Origin: Candidatus Hydrothermarchaeota archaeon
Lineage (GTDB): Archaea; CAYFZR01
Assembly (NCBI GenBank): GCA_046760505.1
Contig: JBHIEG010000006.1
Location: forward strand, 1-64,000
Direction of reading: 5' to 3'
DNA length: 64,000 nt
This document shows positions 36,806-45,826 of the stretch, in pieces. The notes under the pieces are model-generated. The model was not told where the DNA came from and did not search any database. It saw only the letters and a list, made by a program, of their open reading frames with translations. Position 1 is the stretch's first letter, and every line of letters begins with the position of its first letter. Position numbers and translations under genes: made by a program.

Positions 36806-37126
36806 ATGAGAGATGTTATATGCCCCCCGAACTGCTGCGATATGAGGGGTTTACTTTCATTTATCATTCTTTGGTGCCTGAGGAAAAGACCAATGTACGG
36901 ACAGGAGATAGCAGAGGAGTTGGCTCGAAGAAGAGGTGAAAAACCAAATCCAGGCACCCTATATCCCGCGTTGAAACAACTAGAGGAGAGGGGACTAGTA
37001 GTGTATCGTATTCATGGAAGAAGAAAGATATACACCCTTACCGAGAAAGGTCAACTCGAGATAGAAAAAGCCTGTAGATATTTCTGCCAAGTATTTGGCG
37101 ATATCTTAGAAGAATTTAAAGAGTAA
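36806..37126 (+). CDS. PadR-family transcription regulator with N-terminal CPPNCC
   Basis: RG.L...IL..L, MYGQEI, PGTLYPAL..LE..GLV, RKIY.LTEKG. Confidence 0.9.
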   Translation: MRDVICPPNCCDMRGLLSFIILWCLRKRPMYGQEIAEELARRRGEKPNPGTLYPALKQLEERGLVVYRIHGRRKIYTLTEKGQLEIEKACRYFCQVFGDILEEFKE

Positions 37127-37132
37127 AATGGA

Positions 37133-37163
37133 GCGTGGCTCGCCACGCAACGTGGCTCGTTGC
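37133..37163. repeat. Tandem GC-rich hairpins (REP-like or terminator)
   Basis: GCGTGGC-TC-GCCACGC and GCAACG-TGGCT-CGTTGC; both contain CGTGGCTCG. Confidence 0.5.
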
Positions 37164-37302
37164 ATCCGCAATTCTATAAAAAATTATTTTATTACTGATA
37201 CAATAGATGCGTTTTTCTACTCTGAATATTGTATGGGGGTTTAGAAAGGGGGCGATAAGGTAGTATAGGATAAATTCAGTATAGATTACTTAAAAACCCC
37301 TT

Positions 37303-37683
37303 CTATTTCATCATTTCTGTCAGGATCTTCAAGATTTCTGCCTCATCTATGGGCACGTACATGACTTTACTCTTGTTTTTTGATTGAATTAGCAATGCTG
37401 GCAATTCTTTGATACCGTATTTCCATCTGAGCAACGTCAATTTGAAGCCCAGATAGAGCCTGTATGGTTTGCTTGTTTGGAAGGTTGAGTTTGGGTTTAT
37501 CTCGCCAAAAACATCAACTTGGATGTCAGTACCTCTCACAATTTTTCTTACAGTCTTTTCCAATTTTTTGCTTTCTTCAGTCTGGACTACCTGAGTTGCC
37601 CATCCTGGAGCGCTTCCACCAGCTCCACCAACACCAACCAACTTCGTTACTGCTTTTTTAAAAATCGTTATTCTCAGTGACAT
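37303..37683 (-). CDS. Hypothetical protein, possibly thioredoxin-like fold without Cys
   Basis: KYGIKELPALLI resembles the cis-Pro region of Trx-fold proteins; Gly-rich N-terminal loop. Confidence 0.45.
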   Translation of the reverse strand: MSLRITIFKKAVTKLVGVGGAGGSAPGWATQVVQTEESKKLEKTVRKIVRGTDIQVDVFGEINPNSTFQTSKPYRLYLGFKLTLLRWKYGIKELPALLIQSKNKSKVMYVPIDEAEILKILTEMMK

Positions 37684-37775
37684 AGTTATCTTCAAATTCT
37701 ATTAGATCCTATAGTTGATCTATTTTTATCTTATATTCGTCTTTTCATCTTATATTCATCAACTTATATTAATTC

Positions 37776-39329
37776 TCAGTGGGAGAGGTGTCTTACTCCC
37801 GTAAAAACCATAGAGATCTCATGTTCATTCACTGCTCTTATTACCTCTTCATCTCTTATGGATCCCCCAGGCTGAATTATCGCGGTTATGCCTGCCTCAG
37901 CTGCAACATCGATTCCGTCTCTAAAGGGAAAGAAGGCGTCTGACGCGAGAACACTTCCCTCTGTAGAAAAACCGGCCATTCTAGCCTTTTCAACTGCTAT
38001 CCTCACCGAATCGACCCTGCTCGTTTGACCTGCCCCTATCCCTATCACTTGGTTAGGGATTGCGAGGACTATTGCGTTTGATCTCACGTTTCTTATGAAC
38101 TTCCATGCAAACATCATTGCATCTATTTCTTCTTCAGTGGGTTTTTTATGGCTTACAACCTTTAAATCCTCCCTTTTTAATTTGATTTGATCGTAACTCT
38201 GGCACAATAAACCTCCGATTATTCCTCTGATCTCTTTTCCTCCATAAATGTCGAGGTTCCAAATTTCAGAAATGTCGATCAGCCTTATATTCTTCTTTTG
38301 TTTCAGTACATTTAAGGCATCATCGCTGAATCCTGGAGCAGAGACCACTTCTATGAATTGTTTATTTATTTCTATAGCGGTTTCTTCATCTACTTCTCTG
38401 CTCAAAGCAACAATTCCTCCAAAGGCGGATACAGGATCCGTTGAGAGAGCTTTTCTATATGCATCGCTCAGTTTTTTTCCTTTTGCGCCGCCACATGGAT
38501 TTAGGTGTTTTACAATGACGCAGGCGATATCATCTCTAAATTCGTATATTAACCTTAGTGAGGCATCTATGTCAAGAATATTGTTGTAGGAAAGCTTTTT
38601 TCCATGAATTTTCTTTATCTTGGAAAAGTTCACCTCGGCATTCTTATCAATGAATAAAGAAGCTGTTTGATGGGGATTTTCACCGTACCTTAACTCTTCT
38701 TTTTTTTCGTATGTGAGTATCAATCTATCCGGGTAATCATCCCTTAGGAAATAATTGTATATCTGTGCATCATATTCCGCGGTTCTTTGAAATGCCTCCA
38801 CGAACAATTCATATCTTGTATCTCTACTGATCGTTCCATTTTCCCTGAGTTCTTTCAGTATTCTATCATATTTAGAGGGATTCACCAGAACAACCACGTT
38901 TTCAAAATTTTTTGCTGCAGCCCTAATTAGAGCAGGCCCTCCAATATCGATGTTTTCTAGTATATCCTCCAAAGAATCCTTTTTCTTAATTTTCTCTTCA
39001 AATGGATAGAGATTTACAACTACCATATCTATAGAAGGTATGTTATACTTAATAATCGTCTCTTCATCTTCTCTTCTATTTCTCCTCCATAGTATGCCGG
39101 CGTGTACTTTTGGATGGAGCGTTTTAACTCTTCCGTTTAATATCTCAGGAAAGCCTGTGTAATCTGAAACTTCCGTTACAGGTATTCCTGATTTTTTCAA
39201 AAGTTTTGCAGTTCCTCCCGTAGATAAAATTTCTATACCTAATTCAGTTAATCCTTTAGAAAATTCAACTATGCCTGTTTTGTCGTAAACGCTTATCAGG
39301 GCTTTTTTCACAGGAAGCTCGCTCCTCAA
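37776..39329 (-). CDS. purH: Bifunctional AICAR transformylase/IMP cyclohydrolase
   Basis: ALISVYDKTG, GRVKTLHP, DIGGPALIRAAAKN, LRYGENPHQ, SAFGG, ASDAFFPF. Confidence 0.97.
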   Translation of the reverse strand: MRSELPVKKALISVYDKTGIVEFSKGLTELGIEILSTGGTAKLLKKSGIPVTEVSDYTGFPEILNGRVKTLHPKVHAGILWRRNRREDEETIIKYNIPSIDMVVVNLYPFEEKIKKKDSLEDILENIDIGGPALIRAAAKNFENVVVLVNPSKYDRILKELRENGTISRDTRYELFVEAFQRTAEYDAQIYNYFLRDDYPDRLILTYEKKEELRYGENPHQTASLFIDKNAEVNFSKIKKIHGKKLSYNNILDIDASLRLIYEFRDDIACVIVKHLNPCGGAKGKKLSDAYRKALSTDPVSAFGGIVALSREVDEETAIEINKQFIEVVSAPGFSDDALNVLKQKKNIRLIDISEIWNLDIYGGKEIRGIIGGLLCQSYDQIKLKREDLKVVSHKKPTEEEIDAMMFAWKFIRNVRSNAIVLAIPNQVIGIGAGQTSRVDSVRIAVEKARMAGFSTEGSVLASDAFFPFRDGIDVAAEAGITAIIQPGGSIRDEEVIRAVNEHEISMVFTGVRHLSH

Positions 39330-39339
39330 ATGATCACCC

Positions 39340-40401
39340 CTAGCTGATTAAATCTTCCAATCTATCCATCTCTATGGCCTTTTTGATCTCCATTGCTATT
39401 CTCCTACCCATGCTGACATTCTCTCCATAAAGAAGGTAGGAATAGGGTGAGCCACCTACATAAAGATTTGTGCCAGCCACTATTCTGGCAGAAATTTCGA
39501 ACGTTATAAATTCCATTTTTTCAGTGCAAACCGTTTCAATGCAAAATGGTCCTATTATTCCTGGAGGACAAAGTTCCTTAGAGGCTTCAACGACCCTGTC
39601 ACCCATCTCAAATACCTGCTGAAGCAATGCCTCTCTAACAACTATAGGCGAATTACCCACCACAATGTATGTTGGATCTAAGTCAAGTTCTAACTGGTTT
39701 TTAGCAGGAATTCTAGTTAATCCATCTACATTGGTCTCGTATCTGACATCTATGCCGAATAATTCGACCTCATCCCTTAAGGGAGAGTAGAAGTATGAAA
39801 GGTAAAAATTTACCCCAGGAATGTATTCCTGAATTGTAACGTCTTTGAAGTCTTCTTCTGTTATTAATCCCATTTTGACCATTTCTTCTGCTTTCTTATG
39901 AAACGAGTCAGGACCTTTTAGCAAGAAGTATCCCTCACCGCCTCTTGCACCTGGAAACTTAACGATTGCTAGGTTTTCTACTTCCTTCGGATGATTGTAT
40001 TCTTTTGGAATCTTAAGATTTGATTTTTCCAGCCATTTCCTCTCTAGTTTTCTATCTGCTTCCCAGCGCAATATTTTCCTATTTCCAAACATTGGTACCT
40101 GAAGTTCTTCTTCTACACATTTTATGCCCAAATAAGCAACAAAGGATCCGTGTGGTATGATTATTGCATTTAAATCTAGTAACTTCTCTTGGACCTCTGC
40201 ATCTGTTATGTTTTTGAAACTTTCTAAAACAATAGTCTCATCACATACCCTAAAACGTTTATAGGGCGTTTCTCTTCCTCTTTCAACTATAGCCAATGTC
40301 TTGAAACCTTCTTCTTTTGCACCCTTCAATATTTGCAGTGCAGAATGACTTCCTAAAGTTGCGATAACCATATCTTTTTCTTTCTTCATGATCTCACGCA
40401 T
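39340..40401 (-). CDS. purP: Formate-dependent FAICAR synthetase PurP (or PurP-like paralog)
   Basis: IATLGSHSALQI..GAK.EGF, IPHGSF, GG.GYF, FEISARIVAGTN, MGRRIA. Confidence 0.88.
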   Translation of the reverse strand: MREIMKKEKDMVIATLGSHSALQILKGAKEEGFKTLAIVERGRETPYKRFRVCDETIVLESFKNITDAEVQEKLLDLNAIIIPHGSFVAYLGIKCVEEELQVPMFGNRKILRWEADRKLERKWLEKSNLKIPKEYNHPKEVENLAIVKFPGARGGEGYFLLKGPDSFHKKAEEMVKMGLITEEDFKDVTIQEYIPGVNFYLSYFYSPLRDEVELFGIDVRYETNVDGLTRIPAKNQLELDLDPTYIVVGNSPIVVREALLQQVFEMGDRVVEASKELCPPGIIGPFCIETVCTEKMEFITFEISARIVAGTNLYVGGSPYSYLLYGENVSMGRRIAMEIKKAIEMDRLEDLIS

Positions 40402-40517
40402 TTTATATTTTTAAAACTATTTTCTTCCACTATCACTCCACAATCCCTTCTTGAGGTACTCTCCATGGCCATATGTCACCTCTAAATCACTATTATATCC
40501 GGTCCTATTACATTCAC

Positions 40518-41444
40518 TTACATAATATCTATCAATACATTTCCAGCCTTTTTGGTGCCATCTCTGTCGCTTCCTGCCACCAATATGATATCTTTGCCCT
40601 TTCCAAACGGATTTTTAATATACTGGAGGGTACCTTTTCCCCACCCGGGATTTGCATTACTCACAATTACAGGCATTTTATTTAAAATGGAGACGCTTAT
40701 TTTGTTTACAACAGGACCTCCCACCACTATCATGTGATACTTTGAGTAAGTTTCTTCAGTAACTGACGTATCATTTATTATCTGAGGGAGACGTTCCAGT
40801 GCATATTTCTTATCTTCAGAGATTTTTCTAGCAGTTTCACGATCTAATTCTGGAGCATTCTCTCCCACCACTATGACAAACGTTGGATTTCGCCCTTTTC
40901 TGTAGTCAAACCTTGAGATACTAAATGGGTCTGATACAACTACGTCTTTCGGTTTTACGTGATATTCAAGCATCTTAATCTCGTATGCTGGTAGTTTGCT
41001 ATCCTTGTATATCGTTACGCAATCGTTTTCTGGATTGTATTCCTTCCATCCAATTGTAATTGAGAGTTCGTTGTCTCCTTTTTTGAGTATTCTTCCATAT
41101 CCGGAGAAGCCTTTCCAGCCACTTCCTACCCTACTCGCTGTAGATCCTATTGTTTGCCCGTTTAGATGAACGGTTACTAGTTGGTTTCCTATTTCCTCAT
41201 TTTCCCACTCTAAATGAAGATAAACGCTTACATGCTTCAAGGGCTCTATAACTGGGTAGCCACCGTACTCGGGTATCCTAAATCTATAAACTATTTTTTT
41301 CGAGGATTTATCGTGGGTACAAATCTCTTTATCCCCGTATCCCATATCCGAAAAGGATAGGCTCACGGTTTTAACGGTTACGAGTTGAGCGAAAGATACA
41401 GAGATTAAAAATAGAGTTAAAAATATCACCTTTTTCATGATCAC
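40518..41444 (-). CDS. Secreted protein with C-terminal S-layer-like domain
   Basis: Signal peptide; IVVGE.A...D, IVVGGPVVN, ILVAGSDR.GT..A. Confidence 0.75.
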   Translation of the reverse strand: MIMKKVIFLTLFLISVSFAQLVTVKTVSLSFSDMGYGDKEICTHDKSSKKIVYRFRIPEYGGYPVIEPLKHVSVYLHLEWENEEIGNQLVTVHLNGQTIGSTASRVGSGWKGFSGYGRILKKGDNELSITIGWKEYNPENDCVTIYKDSKLPAYEIKMLEYHVKPKDVVVSDPFSISRFDYRKGRNPTFVIVVGENAPELDRETARKISEDKKYALERLPQIINDTSVTEETYSKYHMIVVGGPVVNKISVSILNKMPVIVSNANPGWGKGTLQYIKNPFGKGKDIILVAGSDRDGTKKAGNVLIDIM

Positions 41445-41465
41445 ACACCTTTAAATGAAGATGAG

Positions 41466-41480
41466 AAAAGATATATAAAA
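41466..41480 (+). promoter_or_regulatory. BRE/TATA upstream of tRNA-Gln
   Basis: AAAAG-ATATATAAA about 27-35 nt upstream of the tRNA. Confidence 0.55.
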
Positions 41481-41506
41481 GGTATCCGATTCAACTATTT
41501 GAGAGT

Positions 41507-41579
41507 AGCCCGGTAGGGTAGTGGTCAATCCTGCCGGCCTTTGGAGCCGGCGACGGCGGTTCGAACCCGCCCCGGGCTA
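41507..41579 (+). tRNA. tRNA-Gln (anticodon TTG), no intron, CCA not encoded
   Basis: Acceptor AGCCCGG/CCGGGCT-A, anticodon arm CCGGC-CTTTGGA-GCCGG, T arm GGCGG-TTCGAAC-CCGCC. Confidence 0.97.
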
Positions 41580-41637
41580 TTAGATTCAGCCCTCTTATAT
41601 ATCTACTCCATGACCGGTAAAAAACAATTATCCTCTT

Positions 41638-42348
41638 TTATTTACCTAGAAACTTCATAGAATCCAAATCAACAACCTTTGCGCGAACATAATAATCAGA
41701 AAATCTCAAATATTTTTTTCCTCGAAAAATTAGTAGTCCTGCTAGCAGGTCTAATGGTAGCAAAAATACCTTTCCTATATTTCTTAGCGAACTCTCGACT
41801 AAATTGAGTTTTCTGCCATTCTCCTTTAGTACCTTAATTCCTATTAGGTACTTGCCAATTGTTTGACCGTTGTAGGTTTCCATTAGTACCAGAACTATGA
41901 GATCAAAAGCGACCAAGCCTTGAGCGTAGATTATAATCTCGATAATATTTATCCCGTGCTTAAGAATTGGAACCCACATACCTACAAGTACTATGAGTGA
42001 TACCGGGAGAACCACCAGTATCATAAAATCTATAATTGTGGCTGCAAATCTGTTTAAAATAGATGTTTGCGGCTCGATTATAACTTGCTCATCGCTGATT
42101 TTTTTAATTTCTTTTATTACGTTGTAAGCAATCTTTCCTTTGTCCGTCAATATGTACGTTCCTTGTCCTGTTGTCTTGCACAGTCCCCTCATTTTCCTAA
42201 GGTGGAAATTGAGTTGTCCCGTATCTATTTTTAGGGTGCTCAACATCTCAGTATAGGATAGTTCGGTGTTCTCGTGGAGCAACTCGATTATACTTCTTCT
42301 AATTGGATGAGAAAGGGTTTTGAATATATCATCTTCCTCCTTAGCCAC
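41638..42348 (-). CDS. ArsR-like wHTH fused to an RDD membrane domain
   Basis: IFKTLSHPIRRSII..L, LNFHL..M; RFAATIID, GQTIGK..GIKV, S.LRN; GTG start after GAGGTGA. Confidence 0.8.
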   Translation of the reverse strand: MAKEEDDIFKTLSHPIRRSIIELLHENTELSYTEMLSTLKIDTGQLNFHLRKMRGLCKTTGQGTYILTDKGKIAYNVIKEIKKISDEQVIIEPQTSILNRFAATIIDFMILVVLPVSLIVLVGMWVPILKHGINIIEIIIYAQGLVAFDLIVLVLMETYNGQTIGKYLIGIKVLKENGRKLNLVESSLRNIGKVFLLPLDLLAGLLIFRGKKYLRFSDYYVRAKVVDLDSMKFLGK

Positions 42349-42609
42349 GATTTCACCTCTATTTTGACAACAATCTATTTTAATCAAGTTATTGATACCA
42401 AGAAATTTTTCATAAGAGTATTTTCCGTTTATTATGATATAAAAATAGTATTGTTTATTCAAAAGTGTGTGAGAAACTCAAGGTTTCCTTGAAAAATATT
42501 CCTCATTCGTTGGGAAACATTATTCTCAAAAAACCTTATAACCAAGTTATATGTTATAGTTTAAAATATAATAGTGCCGAAGAAAACCTGAAAAAAGATG
42601 GGGGAGAAA

Positions 42610-43758
42610 ATGAAGGCAACCAAATACCTACTGTTTTTGGCTCTACTGACATTACTTCCTTTAGCAGTAGCCTCTCCAGAGGAATATGTTGGCGCTGAGA
42701 AATGTAAGATGTGTCACAAAGATGTCTATGAAGAATGGAAAGAATCTGGCCATCCATACATCATAAGAACAGCGGAAGAAGCCAAAGAAGCAGGACTTCC
42801 TTTACCGCCTGGCTACACATGGGATGATATATCTCATGTTATTGGAGGTTACAAGTGGAAGGCCCGGTATTTAGATAAAAACGGATACTTCATCACAAAA
42901 ACAAAAGCAGGTAAGAATGGATCCAACCAATACAATCTAGAAACCAAAACATGGTCTGATTACCATCCAGGAGAAATCAAAAAATATAACTGCGGAAAGT
43001 GCCACACCACGGGATACTCTCCAGAAGGACATATGCACGGTATGGAAGGAATAGTTGGCACATGGGTTTATCATGGAGTTCAGTGCGAGGTGTGTCATGG
43101 ACCGGGAAGCGAGCACATCGCAAAAGGAGGAGATAAAACCTTAATTATCAAAGATACATCATCGGCCCTCTGTGGAAAATGCCATATCAGAGGAGACAAG
43201 AATACAATTCCAGCAAAAGGAGGATTCATAAGACACCATGAGCAGTACAATGAATTATTAGCGAGTCCCAAAAAGGACTTTGAATGCGTAGCGTGTCATG
43301 ATCCGCATAAGAAATCGGAGCTCTCTATAAAAGTTGGTTGTGCTTCCTGTCATGCAGAGGAAGGCAATGAGTTCAACGGAAGCCTCATGCAAAAAGCAGG
43401 CGTAAAATGCATAGACTGTCACATGGCTGAGGCTGCAAAATCTGCTATCGCTCGCTCAACGTTCCAAGGGGACGTTAAAACTCATCTCTTCAAAATAAAC
43501 ATTGATCCTGACGCAAAGATGTTTACAGAAGACGGAAAGTTTGCGTTAGGATATTTAACCGTGGAATACGCTTGCTTGAAGTGCCATACTGACAAGGACA
43601 AGAGTTGGGCATTAAAATACGCTGAAGGCATTCATGCATTAAAAGAAGTTCCTAAGCCACCTGCTCCGCCTGCAGCCAAGCCGACTTGCGGACCCACGTT
43701 GCTGCTGCTATTGGCTTCGCTAACAGCGTTGCTAATTGGACTAAAAAGAAGGAAATAA
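42610..43758 (+). CDS. Secreted octaheme cytochrome c with CGP-CTERM anchor
   Basis: Signal peptide; 8 CxxCH (CKMCH, CGKCH, CEVCH, CGKCH, CVACH, CASCH, CIDCH, CLKCH); Pro-rich linker + CGP + TM + KRRK. Confidence 0.92.
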   Translation: MKATKYLLFLALLTLLPLAVASPEEYVGAEKCKMCHKDVYEEWKESGHPYIIRTAEEAKEAGLPLPPGYTWDDISHVIGGYKWKARYLDKNGYFITKTKAGKNGSNQYNLETKTWSDYHPGEIKKYNCGKCHTTGYSPEGHMHGMEGIVGTWVYHGVQCEVCHGPGSEHIAKGGDKTLIIKDTSSALCGKCHIRGDKNTIPAKGGFIRHHEQYNELLASPKKDFECVACHDPHKKSELSIKVGCASCHAEEGNEFNGSLMQKAGVKCIDCHMAEAAKSAIARSTFQGDVKTHLFKINIDPDAKMFTEDGKFALGYLTVEYACLKCHTDKDKSWALKYAEGIHALKEVPKPPAPPAAKPTCGPTLLLLLASLTALLIGLKRRK

Positions 43759-43769
43759 GCCTTCTTTTT

Positions 43770-44621
43770 TTATTTTTTATTTATAGGTTGCAATCTCCCT
43801 TTTTCGTTGATTTTAAAGACGTATAAACCAACAATAAGCCAGTAAATTAAGTAGGAAAAAGCCTCCAACAGAGAGGGATCCCCGTTGTATCCGAATAGAG
43901 ATTTCATTGTCGAGCCTATTATACCTTTCTCATGCATCGGAGGATAGCTTCCGTCTGGATTTAATGCTGGATTGATGTCCCAAAGGTGCTCAACAAAAAC
44001 TGGCAGTACGTTAGCCTCTTGGAGTTCGTGAACTCCTTGCGCAGTAAGTCCAGAGGCAAAGAATATCAATATTGTGCTTGTATAAATGAAGAACTTCCTG
44101 TAATCAAGTCTATATGTTCCCTTTAATAATAAAACACCCAGTACGATAACAGAAACAAGACCTCCAAAAAAACCTATGAGAGTATCAGCCGGAGAGATCA
44201 TTGCCAAGGTACCCAAAAAGAGAACTGTTTCAACTCCTTCTCTGAAAACAGATAGGAATGCTATGCTTGCTATCCCAAATAAATGCCTAGATGAAATAGC
44301 AAAATCTATCTTCTCCTGCAACTCTCCTTTTATTAAATAAGCCTGCCTTGACATCCAAAATATCATATAAGTTAGTACAGTTGCTGCAAAGAGCATTACT
44401 ACGCCTTCAAAGAGTTTTTCTGCCTTCCCTTCAAAACCACCGTAAAGTCCTTTAAAAATAAAAGCAACCACAATGCTTGCTATTAAAGCAGAGGCAGTTC
44501 CTATGTATAGAAACTTGTTTAAATCTCTCCTTCCTATCTTTGCTAAATAGGCTGCAATTATTCCTATAATGAGCGCTGCTTCCATTCCTTCTCTTAAAGT
44601 AATTATGAAACTCACGAGCAT
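43770..44621 (-). CDS. FTR1-family iron permease
   Basis: Two REGxE motifs (LREGMEA, FREGVET); multi-TM. Confidence 0.92.
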   Translation of the reverse strand: MLVSFIITLREGMEAALIIGIIAAYLAKIGRRDLNKFLYIGTASALIASIVVAFIFKGLYGGFEGKAEKLFEGVVMLFAATVLTYMIFWMSRQAYLIKGELQEKIDFAISSRHLFGIASIAFLSVFREGVETVLFLGTLAMISPADTLIGFFGGLVSVIVLGVLLLKGTYRLDYRKFFIYTSTILIFFASGLTAQGVHELQEANVLPVFVEHLWDINPALNPDGSYPPMHEKGIIGSTMKSLFGYNGDPSLLEAFSYLIYWLIVGLYVFKINEKGRLQPINKK

Positions 44622-44634
44622 AATTTCATATATT

Positions 44635-44650
44635 TTTAGGGTAACCTAAA
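44635..44650. promoter_or_regulatory. DtxR/IdeR-like iron box
   Basis: TTTAGG-GTAA-CCTAAA palindrome between a TATA-like element and the FTR1 start. Confidence 0.7.
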
Positions 44651-44707
44651 TTATATACGTTTCGATTTTTAAACAGTAAAAATAACTAGAGGAGATTTTT
44701 TGAATCG

Positions 44708-45826
44708 CTAATCAATTTCTATTATTTCATATTCATCAGAGCCAAGATTATGATTCTTAGCGGCTTGTAATTGATAGTCCGAGTGAGTCCAATTGAATAT
44801 GGACCCAAACTTCTCTCCGGATATTCCCTGAGCCATAGAATTCGGTAAACAGGGACTTTCATTTACAAAGTCTATGGAAGCCTTTTCTATCGCAAGTATA
44901 TCTTCAGAGGCTAAAATACCGACGTCAGGCACGATTGGATTATCTGAATAAGGACAGCAATCGCAGTGGGGTGTTATATCGAGTAAAAAATTGAAGAAGA
45001 CGAAGTTTTCTTTTCCTACAAGTTTAAAAACTGCTTTTGCACAGTCTATAATTCTTTCTGATAGATCTTTTCCGGTTATCCATTTTAATACTATCGCATT
45101 TTCCCTACATACTTCAAAGCATCCGTTGCACTTAAGGCACAATGAATCAACTACCTTGTATTCTTGAATGGCATTCCCAGGACATATATCCACGCATTTA
45201 TCGCATCTTGTACATAGATTCTCATCAATTACAGGGAGTTCGTATAGATGGATATCGAACTTAGATGGTTTTGCAATACATCCAACACCTATGTTTTTTA
45301 GTGCTCCTCCAAAGGCTCCTCTGAAATGTCCCTTGAAGTGCGCTAGAGATATTACCTTGTCTACTTCATCAAAGATTTTGGCGACATATACTTTCTTTAG
45401 GTGAAAACCATCCACTTCAACCTCTATGTAATCAAATCCCTTCAATCCATCCGCTATTATTATGGGTGCGCTTAAAGTTTGAGATGTATATCCGTTTTCC
45501 TCAGCAATCTTCATCCTTCCTAGGGCAAAACTTCTGTCATCTGTAAAGCCTAATCCTGTTGTCTCCGTTACAAAAGGTTCACCGCCCTTTTCTTTCACAA
45601 TTTGTGCAATCTTTCTGATATATACGGATCTAAGGGGTTTTGTGGTTCCGTGCACGCCGAAGTGTGTCTTTAAAGCGACAACATCTCCTCTTTCGATAAA
45701 GTCTAATATTCCACTTTTTCTTATTAGCCTCTCTAACTTATTTACCATGCTCAAATGCGGCTGATACCATCTTTCAGGCGTTTCTACGGGAGCACGAGAG
45801 TTTGCAAAGAAGACTTTGGCTCCTAT
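44708..45826 (-). CDS. DUF362-domain Fe-S protein with ferredoxin insert
   Basis: VALKTHFG, IIADG, AHFKGH, GGALKNIG.GC, two CxxCxxCxxxC, CDC; frame open upstream to ATA at 45826 (GAKVFF..R). Confidence 0.85.
   Translation of the reverse strand: MGAKVFFANSRAPVETPERWYQPHLSMVNKLERLIRKSGILDFIERGDVVALKTHFGVHGTTKPLRSVYIRKIAQIVKEKGGEPFVTETTGLGFTDDRSFALGRMKIAEENGYTSQTLSAPIIIADGLKGFDYIEVEVDGFHLKKVYVAKIFDEVDKVISLAHFKGHFRGAFGGALKNIGVGCIAKPSKFDIHLYELPVIDENLCTRCDKCVDICPGNAIQEYKVVDSLCLKCNGCFEVCRENAIVLKWITGKDLSERIIDCAKAVFKLVGKENFVFFNFLLDITPHCDCCPYSDNPIVPDVGILASEDILAIEKASIDFVNESPCLPNSMAQGISGEKFGSIFNWTHSDYQLQAAKNHNLGSDEYEIIEID

Noticed and set aside
40386-40472. SD-led 28-aa minus-strand ORF (MAMESTSRRDCGVIVEEN...) resembling half a TFB Zn ribbon
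   Set aside because: Too short, only one relevant Cys, and it overlaps the purP start; it cannot be distinguished from chance.
41507-41640. tRNA-Gln as attachment site of an integrated element
   Set aside because: I saw no duplicated tRNA 3' end and no integrase in the window.
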